In this document: in pieces, positions 35,601 through 46,266 of the stretch
Position numbering within the stretch: position 1 is the first letter of the stretch
How the letters are laid out: each line of letters begins with the position of its first letter
Source of the DNA: Octopus sinensis
Lineage: Eukaryota
Reading direction: 5' to 3'
Length of the DNA stretch: 64,000 nucleotides
NCBI RefSeq assembly: GCF_006345805.1
Contig: NC_042999.1
Location: 77,376,001-77,440,000 of the forward strand
Made by a program: the position numbers and the translations under genes
The notes under the pieces: generated by a model
What the model saw: the letters and a program-made list of their open reading frames with translations, nothing else
Databases searched by the model: none
Told to the model about the DNA's origin: nothing

Positions 35601-36437
35601 TTTATTTAAAGTGACCTAAAATAGGGAGTGCATTAGTAGAGTCAAATCAAAAACAGGAAGAGGGGAATAAAGAAAGAGAAAAAAGAGAGGAGAAGAAAGT
35701 AAGAAGAAAAATAATAAAATAAAAATTAAAAAAAAAACGAGAGGAATGAAGGAAAGAAAGAAAAAAGAAAAACAAAGATATAGATACGGAGGGGGGGTGT
35801 ACCAGTTAGTGGTCAGTGGAGATAATTTGAAAGTAGGGGTGGAGAGATAAAGGGTGATAGAGAGAGAAAGGTATTAGTGTAAAAAGACAGAAGGAATGGT
35901 GGGGTTGGGGGTGATAAAAGATAAAGGAGTGACAAATGTGTAGTGGTGGGGGTGCTGAAAGTTGCTAGCTTTGGGTAAAAGAAAATACAGGAGGATCAGT
36001 TAATTTTGGTCTTATTCAACATATTTCCCTCTCAGATTCAAACTTATTGCAGCAGTCCTTTGGTTTTTCTAAGCCTTGTAAAAGAACTCCAACCAGGCCT
36101 TTCGTGATACCCTCAAAGCCAGGAACTTTTCAGCATCCCCTGGTGTATGTGTGTGTGTCTATGTGTTATTTCTTTTTGTACTGTATGTATTGAAATTCAT
36201 GTAAAATTTAAAGTAGTACAATAAAAAAGAAACTATCTCTGATGCTATTATTATATAAACAATGTGTTTGAAATAAAATATATATGCAGAATTATAATGA
36301 TTCTCATGCAACAATTGATTCGCTGAGACTGTTATTTCCTTTGCAATGACAGTTATCTTTCAATTTAATATTTTTTTCTCTATTCCAGACCTGATTCTGA
36401 TCATCTGCGACAGCCAAACTTCAGGGATTTTATTTAG
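20558..36437 (+). CDS. PSMF1: Proteasome inhibitor PI31 (PSMF1), whole gene span; join(20558-20689,22295-22444,27515-27594,29322-29513,31971-32090,33772-33801,36389-36437), 250 aa
   Basis: Seven GT-AG exons with compatible phases, translated by hand. N-terminal FP-domain motifs GLELLF, QDAAICLLHWE, SELLPPDWN, YKN; C-terminal PI31 motifs GDLDP, GGM.FDP, RFD..GP, PD.DH..P. Confidence 0.93.
20787..20878. repeat. 46-bp tandem duplication in PSMF1 intron 1
   Basis: GGAATATGTTAAATAAACTATATAACTGACTGGTGGGTT(G/A)CTCCAA twice, one mismatch. Confidence 0.9.
22295..22444 (+). CDS. PSMF1: PSMF1 exon 2: KIGSELLPPDWNNSQDVYVLNY...FLMKAILIENCLSLNLM
   Basis: Acceptor ttttatttcAG, donor ATG|GTAAAG; matches PI31 SELLP.GWN...YVL.Y...KAI.VE. 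Confidence 0.93.
22566..22982 (+). mobile_element. Full-length tRNA-derived SINE (family 1)
   Basis: Head TGTGGTAAG...GGGTTCAGTCC, internal (TA/TG)n, tail GCTCCAGCATGGCC...TGACTGAAACAAGTAAAAGA. Confidence 0.85.
23588..23920 (-). mobile_element. (GAT)n-tailed RTE-associated short repeat (family 3)
   Basis: CATCATCATCGTTTAACG...CATGCTAGCATGGGTTGGACGG...GGATGCCCTTCCTAAC...; three internal subrepeats. Confidence 0.82.
24311..24532. repeat. 222-bp palindromic MITE-like element in PSMF1 intron 2
   Basis: GTTGTGTCTGGGGAGAGTCATTTTC... and ...GAAAATGACTCTCCCCAGACACAAC form ~105-bp arms around a short loop. Confidence 0.85.
26240..26525 (-). mobile_element. Family 3 repeat
   Basis: Colinear with 23588-23920. 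Confidence 0.8.
27515..27594 (+). CDS. PSMF1: PSMF1 exon 3: NLDNEALSAVSLEIEDYVNPDYKFFP
   Basis: Acceptor gtctAG, donor AA|GTAAGT (phase 2); matches PI31 L.L.LDDY. Confidence 0.88.
28086..28770 (-). mobile_element. Mariner (DD34D) transposase relic in PSMF1 intron 3
   Basis: QWLD..EA..TFPK..L..KKVMVTVWW...G..Y..FL....TITAE.YC; N-terminal HTH remnant DLSLED.ERSG. Confidence 0.88.
29322..29513 (+). CDS. PSMF1: PSMF1 exon 4: (N)AYKNIKEFKTLIDDELL...DQHFHF
   Basis: Acceptor gtttccAG, donor AG|GTTTGT, phase 2-2; YKN..E motif of PI31. Confidence 0.88.
30743..31140 (-). mobile_element. 3' fragment of the same CR1-group LINE
   Basis: Shares GTTGTAGTGCACCTGAGCACTGTATACAAT 3' UTR and the final ORF segment with 12700-13030. 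Confidence 0.82.
31971..32090 (+). CDS. PSMF1: PSMF1 exon 5: (R)NPVDPFNYGTGDLDPLAPGGGMSFDPRFGERGFGQLPRP
   Basis: Acceptor gctgctAG, donor AG|GTTTGT; PI31 G..DLDP and GGM..DP motifs. Confidence 0.92.
33772..33801 (+). CDS. PSMF1: PSMF1 exon 6 (30 nt): (R)FDLIGPPGV
   Basis: Long pyrimidine tract + AG; donor TT|GTAAGT; RFD..GP motif. Confidence 0.85.
34990..35250 (+). mobile_element. Decayed SINE with CORE-like segment
   Basis: TTGTGTCCTTGAGCAAGACAC.TTATTTCA.ATTGCTCC segment after a tRNA-like head. Confidence 0.55.
35320..35700 (-). mobile_element. Probable Penelope-like element terminus with minimal type I hammerhead motif (35321-35368)
   Basis: GTCT-CTGATG(G)A-GGGATAT/ATATCCT-GGAAA-CAGCTG-TA-AGAC; stem III is the palindrome ACAGCTGT. 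Upstream ORF remnant is weak. Confidence 0.6.
36389..36437 (+). CDS. PSMF1: PSMF1 last coding exon: (L)PDSDHLRQPNFRDFI*
   Basis: Acceptor ttctctattccAG, phase 2; aligns to the vertebrate last exon PNPDHLPPPGYDDMYL. Confidence 0.82.
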
Positions 36438-37497
36438 TGGTTTGCTGAGCAGATACGAAATCTTTGTAAATTGTCAGTTTTTCTATTTTAATTATTTTAC
36501 CAGAAATTCAATAAACATACATTTATATCAACATTTTTCTTCTATCTTTTTTTTTTCCGGTGTCTAGTGTGGAAATTTGCTTTTTGAAAATATATTCACT
36601 GTCTTCCACACATTATATGGTTTCTTATTTTTCAGGCTTGTCCTTTCAGATGCTGGTGCCACATAAAAAGCACCTGTGCTGGTGCTGTGTAAAATAGCAC
36701 CCAGCACACTCTGTTAAGTGGTTGGCATTAGAAAGGGCACCCAGCCATAGAAACCATGCCACAACAGACAATCGGAGTCCAAAATTTTGGGGGAGGGGAC
36801 CAGTCGATTAGATCAACCACAGTATGCAACTGGTACTTAATTCGTCGACCCCAAAAGGTTGAAAGGTAAAGTCAACCTTGCAGAAATATATATATATATT
36901 GAAAGAAATAAGGATTTAAATACATCCAGGCGAATCCTTGGTAAGCATTCCATGTCATAAATCTGGCTAACTGAATGTTCAATAAAATGTATAACAATCT
37001 GTATAGGTTGTTTATATCATGTGACAGGTGCATATTGTAAGTCTAAAGTTCCTTACTAACTAATAGTTTGGTATATTAATCACTGAATTAAAGCAGTAAT
37101 CAAAAAAAATAATGAAGAATTATATTTATATGATATTTTATTTACTTACATATGTTTCATATGATTCAATGAGCTGTATCCATATACCATGGTTTGCATG
37201 CTTAATCAATCAATTTATAGAACAGTCATCTCGTAAACTGTTTTCACCAGAGCTTTCAAGTATTTTTGAAATTTTTGGAAGACAAACACTCAGAGAATTA
37301 GTGGAAGTGAGAAGCTGATAGTAGACATATTAGATTTCCTCCCATTATTTATTATTACCCAATGTTGAATTCGTATTCTTGGGAGGTATTTGTGTTATCT
37401 GATGTTAGTGAAGTTAAGTCTGTGAGAGAATAGTGAATAGGATAAACATCAAATATTGTAAGAATCCTTCAAAGGGTGATACAAACATGCAATTTGG

Positions 37498-38198
37498 CAC
37501 ACTTCTAATTTAAAACTTACTCTTTAAGATAGGCATGATTGCCAAAGTGAAAATCGAAAATGGCAGCCAAAATCCAACATTAAAAATTAATAATTGCAAG
37601 GAACAGGAAATAAGTTTTATTATAATAAACATTATTTATTATGCAATACTTTACACAAAGAGCCCTATATTTACTTTTTGAAGGATTTTTCTACTATCTT
37701 GTTCATGAATTCAGATTATACATGTCAGGTGGGACACTTATGGGGCCAGATGAAGCCAGCACTGCCATCACCTATTACCTGGGGGTAGAAAAATAATGAC
37801 AATGGCACATTCACTATTCGTTGGACTGAACTAAGAGCTATAGCAGAACAATGCCAAGCACTTAAAAGGTGCCAATGCAAAACTGAGTGTGCAGGACGTT
37901 GCACATGCAATAAATCAGCCCTTCCTTGTACTTCCCTTTGTGCCTGTTCATGCATTTGATTGATGATGGAACCTGAATTAGTGAAGAAGATAGTAGAAAA
38001 ATCCTTCAAAAGGTAAATATAGGGCGATTTATGTAAAATATTGCATAAGTAACGTTTATTATAATAAAACTTGCTTCCTGTTCATCGCAAATATCAATTT
38101 TTAATTTTGGACACCGTCTTGGATTTTAGCTGCCGTTTTCGATTTTCACATTTGCAATCATGCCTATCTTAAAGAGCATGTTTTAAACTATGAGTGTG
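37498..38198 (+). mobile_element. Non-autonomous DNA element with ~220-bp inverted repeats enclosing a CXC cysteine-cluster coding remnant (37726-37959)
   Basis: 37498-37720 and 37972-38198 are diverged reverse complements; centre translates QVGHLWGQ..ALPSPITWG*...WTEL...CQALKRCQCKTECAGRCTCNKSALPCTSLCACSC. Confidence 0.8.
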
Positions 38199-38253
38199 AT
38201 CTAACATTTGGTCATAGATAACAAGAAAATATTAGAGAATTTCAAGTTAACAA

Positions 38254-40140
38254 CATCATCATCATCATCATTGTTCGACTGTGGTCGAGACAATGGAATT
38301 TACTATGCTACGCCAGACTTCACGGTCCATCATGGCATTACGGAGGTCCTGTTGCTGGATGCCTGTATCCCTGGAGATTACATCAGAGTAGGAGAGTGTG
38401 CGCCCTCTGGTACTGCGAGTAGATGGCTTCCAGAGGATAAGAGTAGAAATTATCTCTTTTTCAGCTCTACAACAATGTCCAGCAAACTGGACTCTCCTAC
38501 CTTTCACAAGAGATGACACAGGTGGTAGTTTCCCATATATTTGCATTTTGGTTGGATGGCACTTCCACAAGAGATTTTGAGCTCTCATAAGGAGGTGAGT
38601 GTAGGTTCCATCCAATCGCCTCTCAAGCTTCTTTGATAACGTCCAGGTTTCTGAACCATATAGTAGAATTGGTTCGACTGTGGCTTTGAAGATTTCAAGT
38701 TTGAAGTCTCTACTTAGATTTGATGACCAGATCTTATGCATGTCATTACAGGCTGACCAGGCCATACCCTTTCTAGTTAGAAAGTCTTTTTCAGATGATG
38801 ATATGTATGATCCAAGATATTTGTAATCAGAAACCATATTTAAGGGCGCATTGTTGAGAGTATGGATGATGCAATCACTGTTGGACAGGCACTTGTTTAT
38901 GTATTCAGTCTTGGCCTCATTGAGGTAAAGACCTACACAATTTGAGGCCTGTTCAAGAGATTGTAAAAGTGACTGGGCATTGGAGAGAGAATCACTGATA
39001 AGAGCGATGTCGTCAGCAAAGTCAGTGTCTGTCAAGTATTCAGCTGGGTGTCTGGAACTTCTTCTTGGTTTTATTTCAAAGCCCTTGCCAGAGATGGTAT
39101 CAACTGACATATGTAGCACATAACAACAATGATGAAAAGAAATGGGGTGAGTGTGTCTCCCTGTAGTATTCCGGCTCTGATTGAGAAGGATGATGTTTCT
39201 CCGTCAGGGGTTAAGATGGTTGAAGATGTATCTGTGTAGAGGACCTTGATGGCAGAGATGATTTTGTCTGGTATCCCATAGAGCTTAAGGATTTCAAACA
39301 TCTTGTACCTATCTACAGAATCAAACGCTTTAGAAAAGTCTACAAATACCATTGCAAGATCGCGATTAAATGCTTTTGATTCTTCAATAAGTCTATGTAG
39401 GCATAGTATCTGGCTCAGCGTTGAGCGCCCATGTCTGAATCCATTTTGGTTCTTTCGGAGCAAAGGTTCAACAAAAGGGACAAGACGATTTAGTATAAGT
39501 TTGTTGTACAGTTTTGCAGCAATCAACATTAGAGATATACCCCTGTAGTTGGTGATGAGGGATAAATCGCCTTTTTTGGGTATTGGGATGATTTGAGATT
39601 GGTGCCAAATCTTTGGAGCAACAAAGGTGGAAAGTGTGTGGTTGCAAAGGTTGAGCAAAAGTGTGTGAAATCTATCATCCTTCCAAATCATAGCTGGGAT
39701 GTTGTCGGAACCAAATGCTTTTGAGGCTTTTAGTTGCTTGGTGGCTGCTGTTAATTCAAATATGGTAAAAGGGGAGGTGTTGATGTCCAGCGTGTCTGAT
39801 ATAGGCACACTTGGAAGAGTGGGGTTATCAGGGATTTTGGCATTCTTCCCAAGAAGGTTTTTAAAATGGGTTGACCAATTTTCTAAACGCTTCTTAGCTG
39901 ATCTCCCTTTAATTCTAATTGATGACCCAGAGTTTTTGCCTGATAGGTCTTTGATGGATTTCCAGGCGAGATGGTGTTTTTTACTAATGTGATCCTTGGA
40001 TAGTTTACTAATTTTGCCATTGATAAAGTCGACCTCGGCGTTCAAGTAAGCCTCATCGAGATTCTTCTTGGCAGCTATGAGTTGGATCTTCAGTGACTGG
40101 GATGGAGAACGGTGGTAAGCTAGTGATACAGACTTTAGGC
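38254..40140 (-). mobile_element. 5'-truncated RTE-group (RTE-X-like) LINE, one frameshift near 39115
   Basis: NYRGISL, QNGFRHGRST, FVDFSKAFDS, AGILQGDTL, FADD, YLGS, ILLYGSETW; (TGA)n tail. Confidence 0.93.
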
Positions 40141-40169
40141 AGAATTAAACAGAATTACATGAAATAAAC

Positions 40170-40630
40170 AATCTGGCAGAGTGGGATATGGCCTGGGCAC
40201 CTATATAGTTAATCTGGTTGTCCATGAGGGAGTCATACCCAACAATTGGTGCAGCAGCATTATAGTCAACTGCTACAAAGGCAAAGATGATGCCTTGGAT
40301 AGAAGTAATTACAGAGGTATCAAATTGCTGGACCATTTGATGAAAGTCACAGAAAGGGTCATAGCTCAATTTATTAGGAAGATAGCGTAGATGATATGCA
40401 GTTTGGATTTGTGCCAGGTAGACACACAGCTGATGCTATATTCCTATTTCAGGAGAAATATCTAGCCAAAACTAAACCTCTGTACTTGGCTTTTGTTGAC
40501 ATGGAGAAAGCTTTGACAGGGACCACCTCTCCCTTATATGGTGGTCAGTGCGGAAGCAAGGGATTGATGAGTGGTTAGTGAGAACTGTACAAGCCATGTG
40601 CAGGGATGCTGCCAGTAAAGTGAAGGTTTT
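40170..40630 (+). mobile_element. RTE (BovB-like) LINE RT fragment
   Basis: IPNNW..SIIV.CYKGK.D...SNYRGIKLL; MQFGFVPGR.T.DAIF; AFVDMEKA. Confidence 0.82.
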
Positions 40631-41399
40631 CTAATTTGGTATGAGCTGGATGGTCCGACAGGCTACAGAACTGTATTAGGCTCAAATGTTTTCTTTGGCT
40701 AGATATTCTTCATATCATCTTTACAGAGTGTGGCTTATGGCTGCTCTCTTTATCGAATGTACTTTTTTTTAAGGTACCAGCACTAGTGAGGTCACCACGT
40801 AGCTTGCAAGACTAGGATACTTTTTGACTGAGTGGAGCTACAGTAGAGATAGAGGCAACATTATGCTAGAAATCAGTGAATATACAGGGAAACAGAACAG
40901 GTTTCTTGCTGTTGAGGAGATACATGGCTACTTAAATCTACTTTCTGAGTTTTTTTGGCAATAGAAAGTTAGAATAAGTATCAGGCTTATTCTAGTACTG
41001 GGGTTGATTTGCTCAACTTCAAGGTGGTGCCCCAGTATGGCCACAGTCTAATGACTGAAACAAGTAAAAGATAACCAAATGATTACAAAAACTGCAGAAA
41101 ATGTGAAATAGAATAATGGTAGATATGTATTGGTAGACTGTTTCAATACAAGCTTAATTCCAAAATGTTAACTACTAACCAAATTATCTAATTTTTGTAC
41201 TTACCAAGAAAATTTGTGAAGTAAAATTTATGGATTAATTAACTTTAACTGGAAACTTTTCAGTAACATGCACCCAGATAAGTACCTGCCATCAGACATT
41301 TGCCACACTCTGAACAACTTCCTTCTTTGGCATGGACACAGTAAAACTCTGGCATCTGGCAATTGATTTAGTAGGCATCCACAAGATTATTCAACAACA

Positions 41400-41765
41400 A
41401 TCTTGAGCACCGTTTTGAATTTTATATGTCTAACATTCATGGACATGCTTACAAAATAAAAAAAAACAGCACTGCACCCATGATTTTCAAAAACATTTTC
41501 ACATGCTCAGAATTGCTGAAGTATGGAATAAAATACCCACATCAGTTGTTAGCTGTCAGGATACTACATCCTTCAAAACTTCCATGCTCCTTGAAATCTG
41601 CCAACAGTACACCTGAAGCCACCCCAACTTCTTTTTTTTTTTTTTAAACAACTCATTCACTGTTCACTTCCTGTGCATATTCTATAAACTGTTCATGCAC
41701 TTTTGGCTATTTTTTCTGACGAGTTGTAGTGCACCTGAGCACTATATACAATAAGATCATTATTC
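41400..41765 (+). mobile_element. 3' fragment of the same CR1-group LINE
   Basis: SNIHGHAYKIKK..., 3' UTR gagttgtagtgcacctgagcac. Confidence 0.8.
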
Positions 41766-42104
41766 ATTATCATCATCATCATTTAATGTCCATTTTCCAT
41801 GCTGGCATCTTTTGGACGGTTTGACATGAGCTAGCCAGGGATCCATGTCTGTTTTGGCAGCTGAAGAAATATACTACCAAGCAAGTGGCTCATTATCCTT
41901 GAGTTAACATCCTGCATCTGGGTATACTTGTCTCAATATGAAATAGTGAATACTGCAGGTTTAATTAAAAAAAAATCTAAAAACCTCTCACCACACATTT
42001 GGTTTGGCTCCTTAAAATGATTGATACAAGTAAATGTAGAAACATTCAAGGTAATAATAAATGAAAAGGTTTGTGGGGATAGGAAAAACATTGCTGTTGA
42101 AGAT

Positions 42105-42372
42105 CATTCAGGCCACACTGTAAAGTGGTTGGCATTTGGAAGGGCATCCAGCTGTAAAAATCATGCTAAAACTGACCTCGCCTGTGCTGGTGCCACGTAA
42201 AAAGCATTCAGTTCTCTCTGCAAGGTGGTTGGTGTTAGGAAGGGCATCCAGTTGTAAAAACCGTGCCAAAACAGACACAAACGTCTGGTGCAGTCTTCTG
42301 CTTGACCAGCTCCTGTCAAACCGTCCAACCCATGCCAGCATGGAAGGCGGACGTTAAACGACGATGATGATT
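42105..42372 (+). mobile_element. Family 3 repeat with two GGCATCCAG units
   Basis: Ends CATGGAAGGCGGACGTTAAACGACGATGATG. Confidence 0.78.
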
Positions 42373-42498
42373 GAATTTTGAAGAAATGTGAATAAAAACT
42401 ATAAACGGCGATCGTCGGTAAAACAAATCTGCTGTTCGTTATTTTTTATTCCATAAATCTTTCTGGAATTATCTTTTCTTTGTAACCTATTAACTCAC

Positions 42499-42645
42499 AA
42501 AACTTTCCCTTCGGTAATTGGTAACCTTCGTGTACTGATAACCTTCGACACCTCATCCATTTCGAGTAATTGTGTTTGTTTATTAACTACTGTGTATACT
42601 AGGTGGTTCGCCTTATCTTTTTCTTCGAAAATAACTTCGCTATCA
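42499..42645 (-). CDS. Putative coding exon of an unidentified minus-strand gene: DSEVIFEEKDKANHLVYTVVNKQTQLLEMDEVSKVISTRRLPITEGKV
   Basis: ttttttaatcatacAG acceptor, TT|GTGAGT donor, 147 nt open in phase 2-2, CpG retained. No homolog recognised. Confidence 0.4.
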
Positions 42646-43127
42646 CTGTATGATTAAAAAAGCCGAGTCCAGAGCAATATCAAGTTACGTTCACAACAAG
42701 AGAACTTCACGCCTTTTTATTTCTAACAAAAACGTGCCTATTATTGTAGCAGGATGTCACTTAATGTTTCTCGTCCGTATTCTCGACAAATTTTCAAGAA
42801 AGTTTCACACTAACAGCATTTTAAATAGTTGCTCAAGAAAGCAGACACACTTTGGAATATATTACAAAGTTTTGTCAAATTGTAATTTTACTTAACCCGA
42901 GGAGGAATTGTTTACGGGTAACTTTTGTTTAACTATATTAACTACAAAGAGATGAACCAGTCACATATTACTCGTTTATTGAGACAAACTTTCATTACCC
43001 CATACATTCAGCATAGGAAATCATCTTCACAGGTTATTATTTTTTTTGCATTCGTTTTTCTAATTCTTTACCAACATATGTGAAAAAAAAAGTTTAAAAA
43101 CTAAAATACTTGTTTGCTCTCTCTCTG

Positions 43128-43217
43128 GTAAAGAATACGTAAACCACCCGTTTTCAACGTATCAAAAACCCTAATCCTAAACCCTAACTCCAAACACCGG
43201 GTGTACGTATTCTTTAC
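43128..43217. repeat. 90-bp fold-back with 14-bp TIR GTAAAGAATACGTA and CCCTAA-like loop
   Basis: TIRs at 43128-43141 and 43204-43217; inner CACCCG/CGGGTG pair. Confidence 0.7.
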
Positions 43218-43386
43218 TTTCACCTTTATATATATATTATTTAAGTAGTCAAATGAATTATCTTATTACGGATAATTCAAAAGATAACCGATACCTGGGT
43301 AGCAAACTCACAACAGAAAAAGCACGGTTGAAGTTACGACCATAGAGCATAAACTCCGTGCCTTAGTGCGGAAATTTGAAGTTTAA

Positions 43387-43502
43387 TATATTAAGTATAG
43401 GAAAGAATGGAGCTGAACGAAGATTTAACAAAATTCCTTTATTTTAATAAAGGAATTTTGTTAAATCTTCGTTCAGCTCCATTCTTTCCTATACTTAATA
43501 TA
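43387..43502. repeat. Perfect 57-bp-arm palindrome with 2-nt loop, followed by (TA)n
   Basis: Arms 43387-43443 and 43446-43502 are exact reverse complements (checked base by base). Confidence 0.95.
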
Positions 43503-45839
43503 TATATATATATATATAATATATATATATATATTATATATTGTCCGTAAACATAAATCCCAAAAAGGAAGCACTAAGTTATAGAGCAGTATATATTAAA
43601 GTTATATAAGGCCGATTTATGGGATTGCCTGAGGTTTCACGTCCGTTCCCTATAAATATAACATACTCGAGATGTTTTCGGGTTTACATATATATTTTTA
43701 TCAAGTTCAAAATATGCCAGTTACAGGTGGGTCGATAAAACGAGTACAAGTTATGAGCTGGAAATCTACAGCAACAGGCATTGGCCTATGCCAGAAGAAT
43801 AATGAATCAATGTTAATATAATTACGGTGCTAGAGCAGTGTACTCAATTATCCTGTTTGTTTACAAAGCAAATGATTCGGATGTGCACGAGTAAAATTTC
43901 ATCAAAGTAAATGATACGAGTCCACGTGTATAAAATATTAAGAACATGTGGATACATGCGAAGAAAATAAAACAATATTCATATCAGTTTAGTTATTTTG
44001 TGTTGCATATACTGTCATGTCTTCAGACAATTCTTAAGAACAAAATAAAAACTTTGATATACAGTGTCAGTTATGAGGGGACGGTGTCATTCACCCGCTT
44101 GTTTCAGCCTGGCTTTTTTTGTCTATGTCATGAAGGAGGGTTGTGTGGGTGAATGATATCGTATACAAATATCAAAGGATTTCTGTTATTACTCGAATTG
44201 TTATTATGATTTTAGGATTGCAGCTGAAAATTGAACGTGGGTTCCCAAACGGTGCGTTACCACATACTGAAGTTTCGTAAGATATAGAGGTGTGGCGAAA
44301 ATATAAAAATTTTAGTTTGTAAATGAAAATTACAAACTGAAATTCTAAATATACAATCTTTATTACTATGCTTCATTTATTGAGTAAAGATCTCAATATC
44401 TAATAATTTGCTATAGTTTAAATTATATTTATATGCTAAAATTTACTTTGTTAGATACATATTTTAAAAAACTATACGCAAAGTGAGCCTAACTTTTATT
44501 TACTTAAAATGCTACGGAGGGGACAAAAATGTTTGGAAACCACTATCTTATTTTAGCGATTCTAGAGATATTTTAAGACTTAAAGAGACTTAACTAAGTA
44601 AAGAAAGTATTTAGACTGGTTTCTTTTATAAATGATTATCAGCTTATTTGTTCTGCTATTCCTAATTTTTATCACAAAGCGTTTATAAGCTATATCGTTT
44701 TCCCGACCTTGTTACCACAGAGTTCTGAAAGTTTATCTTAGCACTAGTGTAATAATTATCATCAGTATGTATTAGTTACTTACAACTAGGTTTGCAGCTG
44801 ATAACAATATAAACCACCAAACTCTCAGCATTTATGCCTAAGCATGTTGGTTCAAGTAGAGATCTTTTTAAGGCAGAATTCTAGTTTAAGCACCACATAT
44901 AACACCTCAACTCTTTTAGTTTTTAGAATTTTCAGGATTTTTGCGAATCTGTGTTCAACATATAGATATTCATTCGATTAGGCAAAAAAAAATTGTATTA
45001 TGTAAGGGCTACTTAGCTGTTATTTTTTAGCACATCTCACAGCCACCTGATACCTTCCTCATTTCTTTGTCACTCTGACATGTATTGATGTTTTTCAATA
45101 TTCTTCTCCCCATAAATACATCTGATGGCATGATGATACATACAGGGGTGGTATATTGTTGGGATCTAAGAAAAAATATTCTGACTGTTTGTATTTTAAA
45201 CTCAAATTTTAAAGATAAATTAATTTTCAGCTTTATTATCCATGTTCTTTGGTTACTTTTGAGCATCAGAGTCAGAAGATAATAAAAATTGCTTTGTGGT
45301 AATTATTCTGAGTACAAAACCTGCAGAGGTTAACTTTACCTTTCATCTTTTCAGGGTTGATAAGATAAAGTACAAGTCAATGGAATTGACTAATATCCTT
45401 CCATAAAAATTTGAGGCAGTGTGATTTCACTGTTGAAAGGTTGCTTTTGGCATTTACTATGTGCTATATATTATACATTGAGGTTTTGTATCCTCAGTAG
45501 ATAAGTCACATGCTAGATTTTACAGTATAGTTTCATAGTAAAAATGTATGACTTATACACAAGTGTATATGGTAATTTAAGTCCATGTTGTAGGGACAGA
45601 GAATTCCAGAGGGCCTATGTTCTAAGAAAGGACTGGGTATGAAGATTAATACAGGACATAGGGCTGATAGACATAATGTATGTGATGAAAGGAAGAAATA
45701 TGAGTAAATTGAAGGGAGCTTGTCTAATGGTAGCATGAGACCACCCAGTTCTGAAGAGCAGATACCTTTATAGTAGCTGTAGAAAAAACAGAAACAACAT
45801 CTGAAGCTATACCTTTCCTCCTTGGGACACAAAACTCTG

Positions 45840-46170
45840 CTTGCGAAGACCTGTTGAGGCAAGTGAAATCGGAATCGAAATCGCTCAAAAATCAATGGAA
45901 ATTGTAGTTGTGATACCAGTCCAAACGTGGCCGTTGCCAGTGCCGCCCCGACTGGCCTCCATGCTGGTGGCACGTAAAAAGCACCAACTGATTGTGGCCG
46001 TTGCCAGTCTCGCCAGGCACCATGCCGGTGGCACGTAAAAAGCACCCACTACACTCACAGAATGGTTGGCGTTAGGAAGAGCATCCAGCTGTAGAAACAC
46101 TGCTTCCCAGACCCCAGTTGAACCGTCCAACCCATGCTAGCATGGAAAGCGGACGTTAAACGATGATGAT
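45840..46170 (+). mobile_element. Family 3 repeat
   Basis: GTGGCACGTAAAAAGCACC units; ends GGACGTTAAACGATGATGATG; 60 bp upstream of the first visible cysteine synthase exon. Confidence 0.82.
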
Positions 46171-46228
46171 GTAATCTAAATCTTTTCTAACTGGAACTAA
46201 CTGTTATGCGGTGCCTATTTATTTCCAG

Positions 46229-46266
46229 AACATAATTCGAGATGGCATTGTTGGAATGGTTGGAAA
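46229..46266 (+). CDS. cysK: Cysteine synthase exon: [12 protein letters not shown](N)
   Basis: atttccAG acceptor, AA|GTAAGT donor; precedes the TPL motif. Confidence 0.85.

Noticed and set aside
37221-37306. Possible + strand exon QSSRKLFSPELSSIFEIFGRQTLRELVE
   Set aside because: Lies after the PSMF1 stop with no partner exons; splice-like signals are common by chance in AT-rich DNA.
43712-43727. ATGCCAGTTACAG|GTGGGT as cysteine synthase exon 1
   Set aside because: Phase 1 end does not join the phase 0 exon at 46229, and I found no convincing bridging exon.
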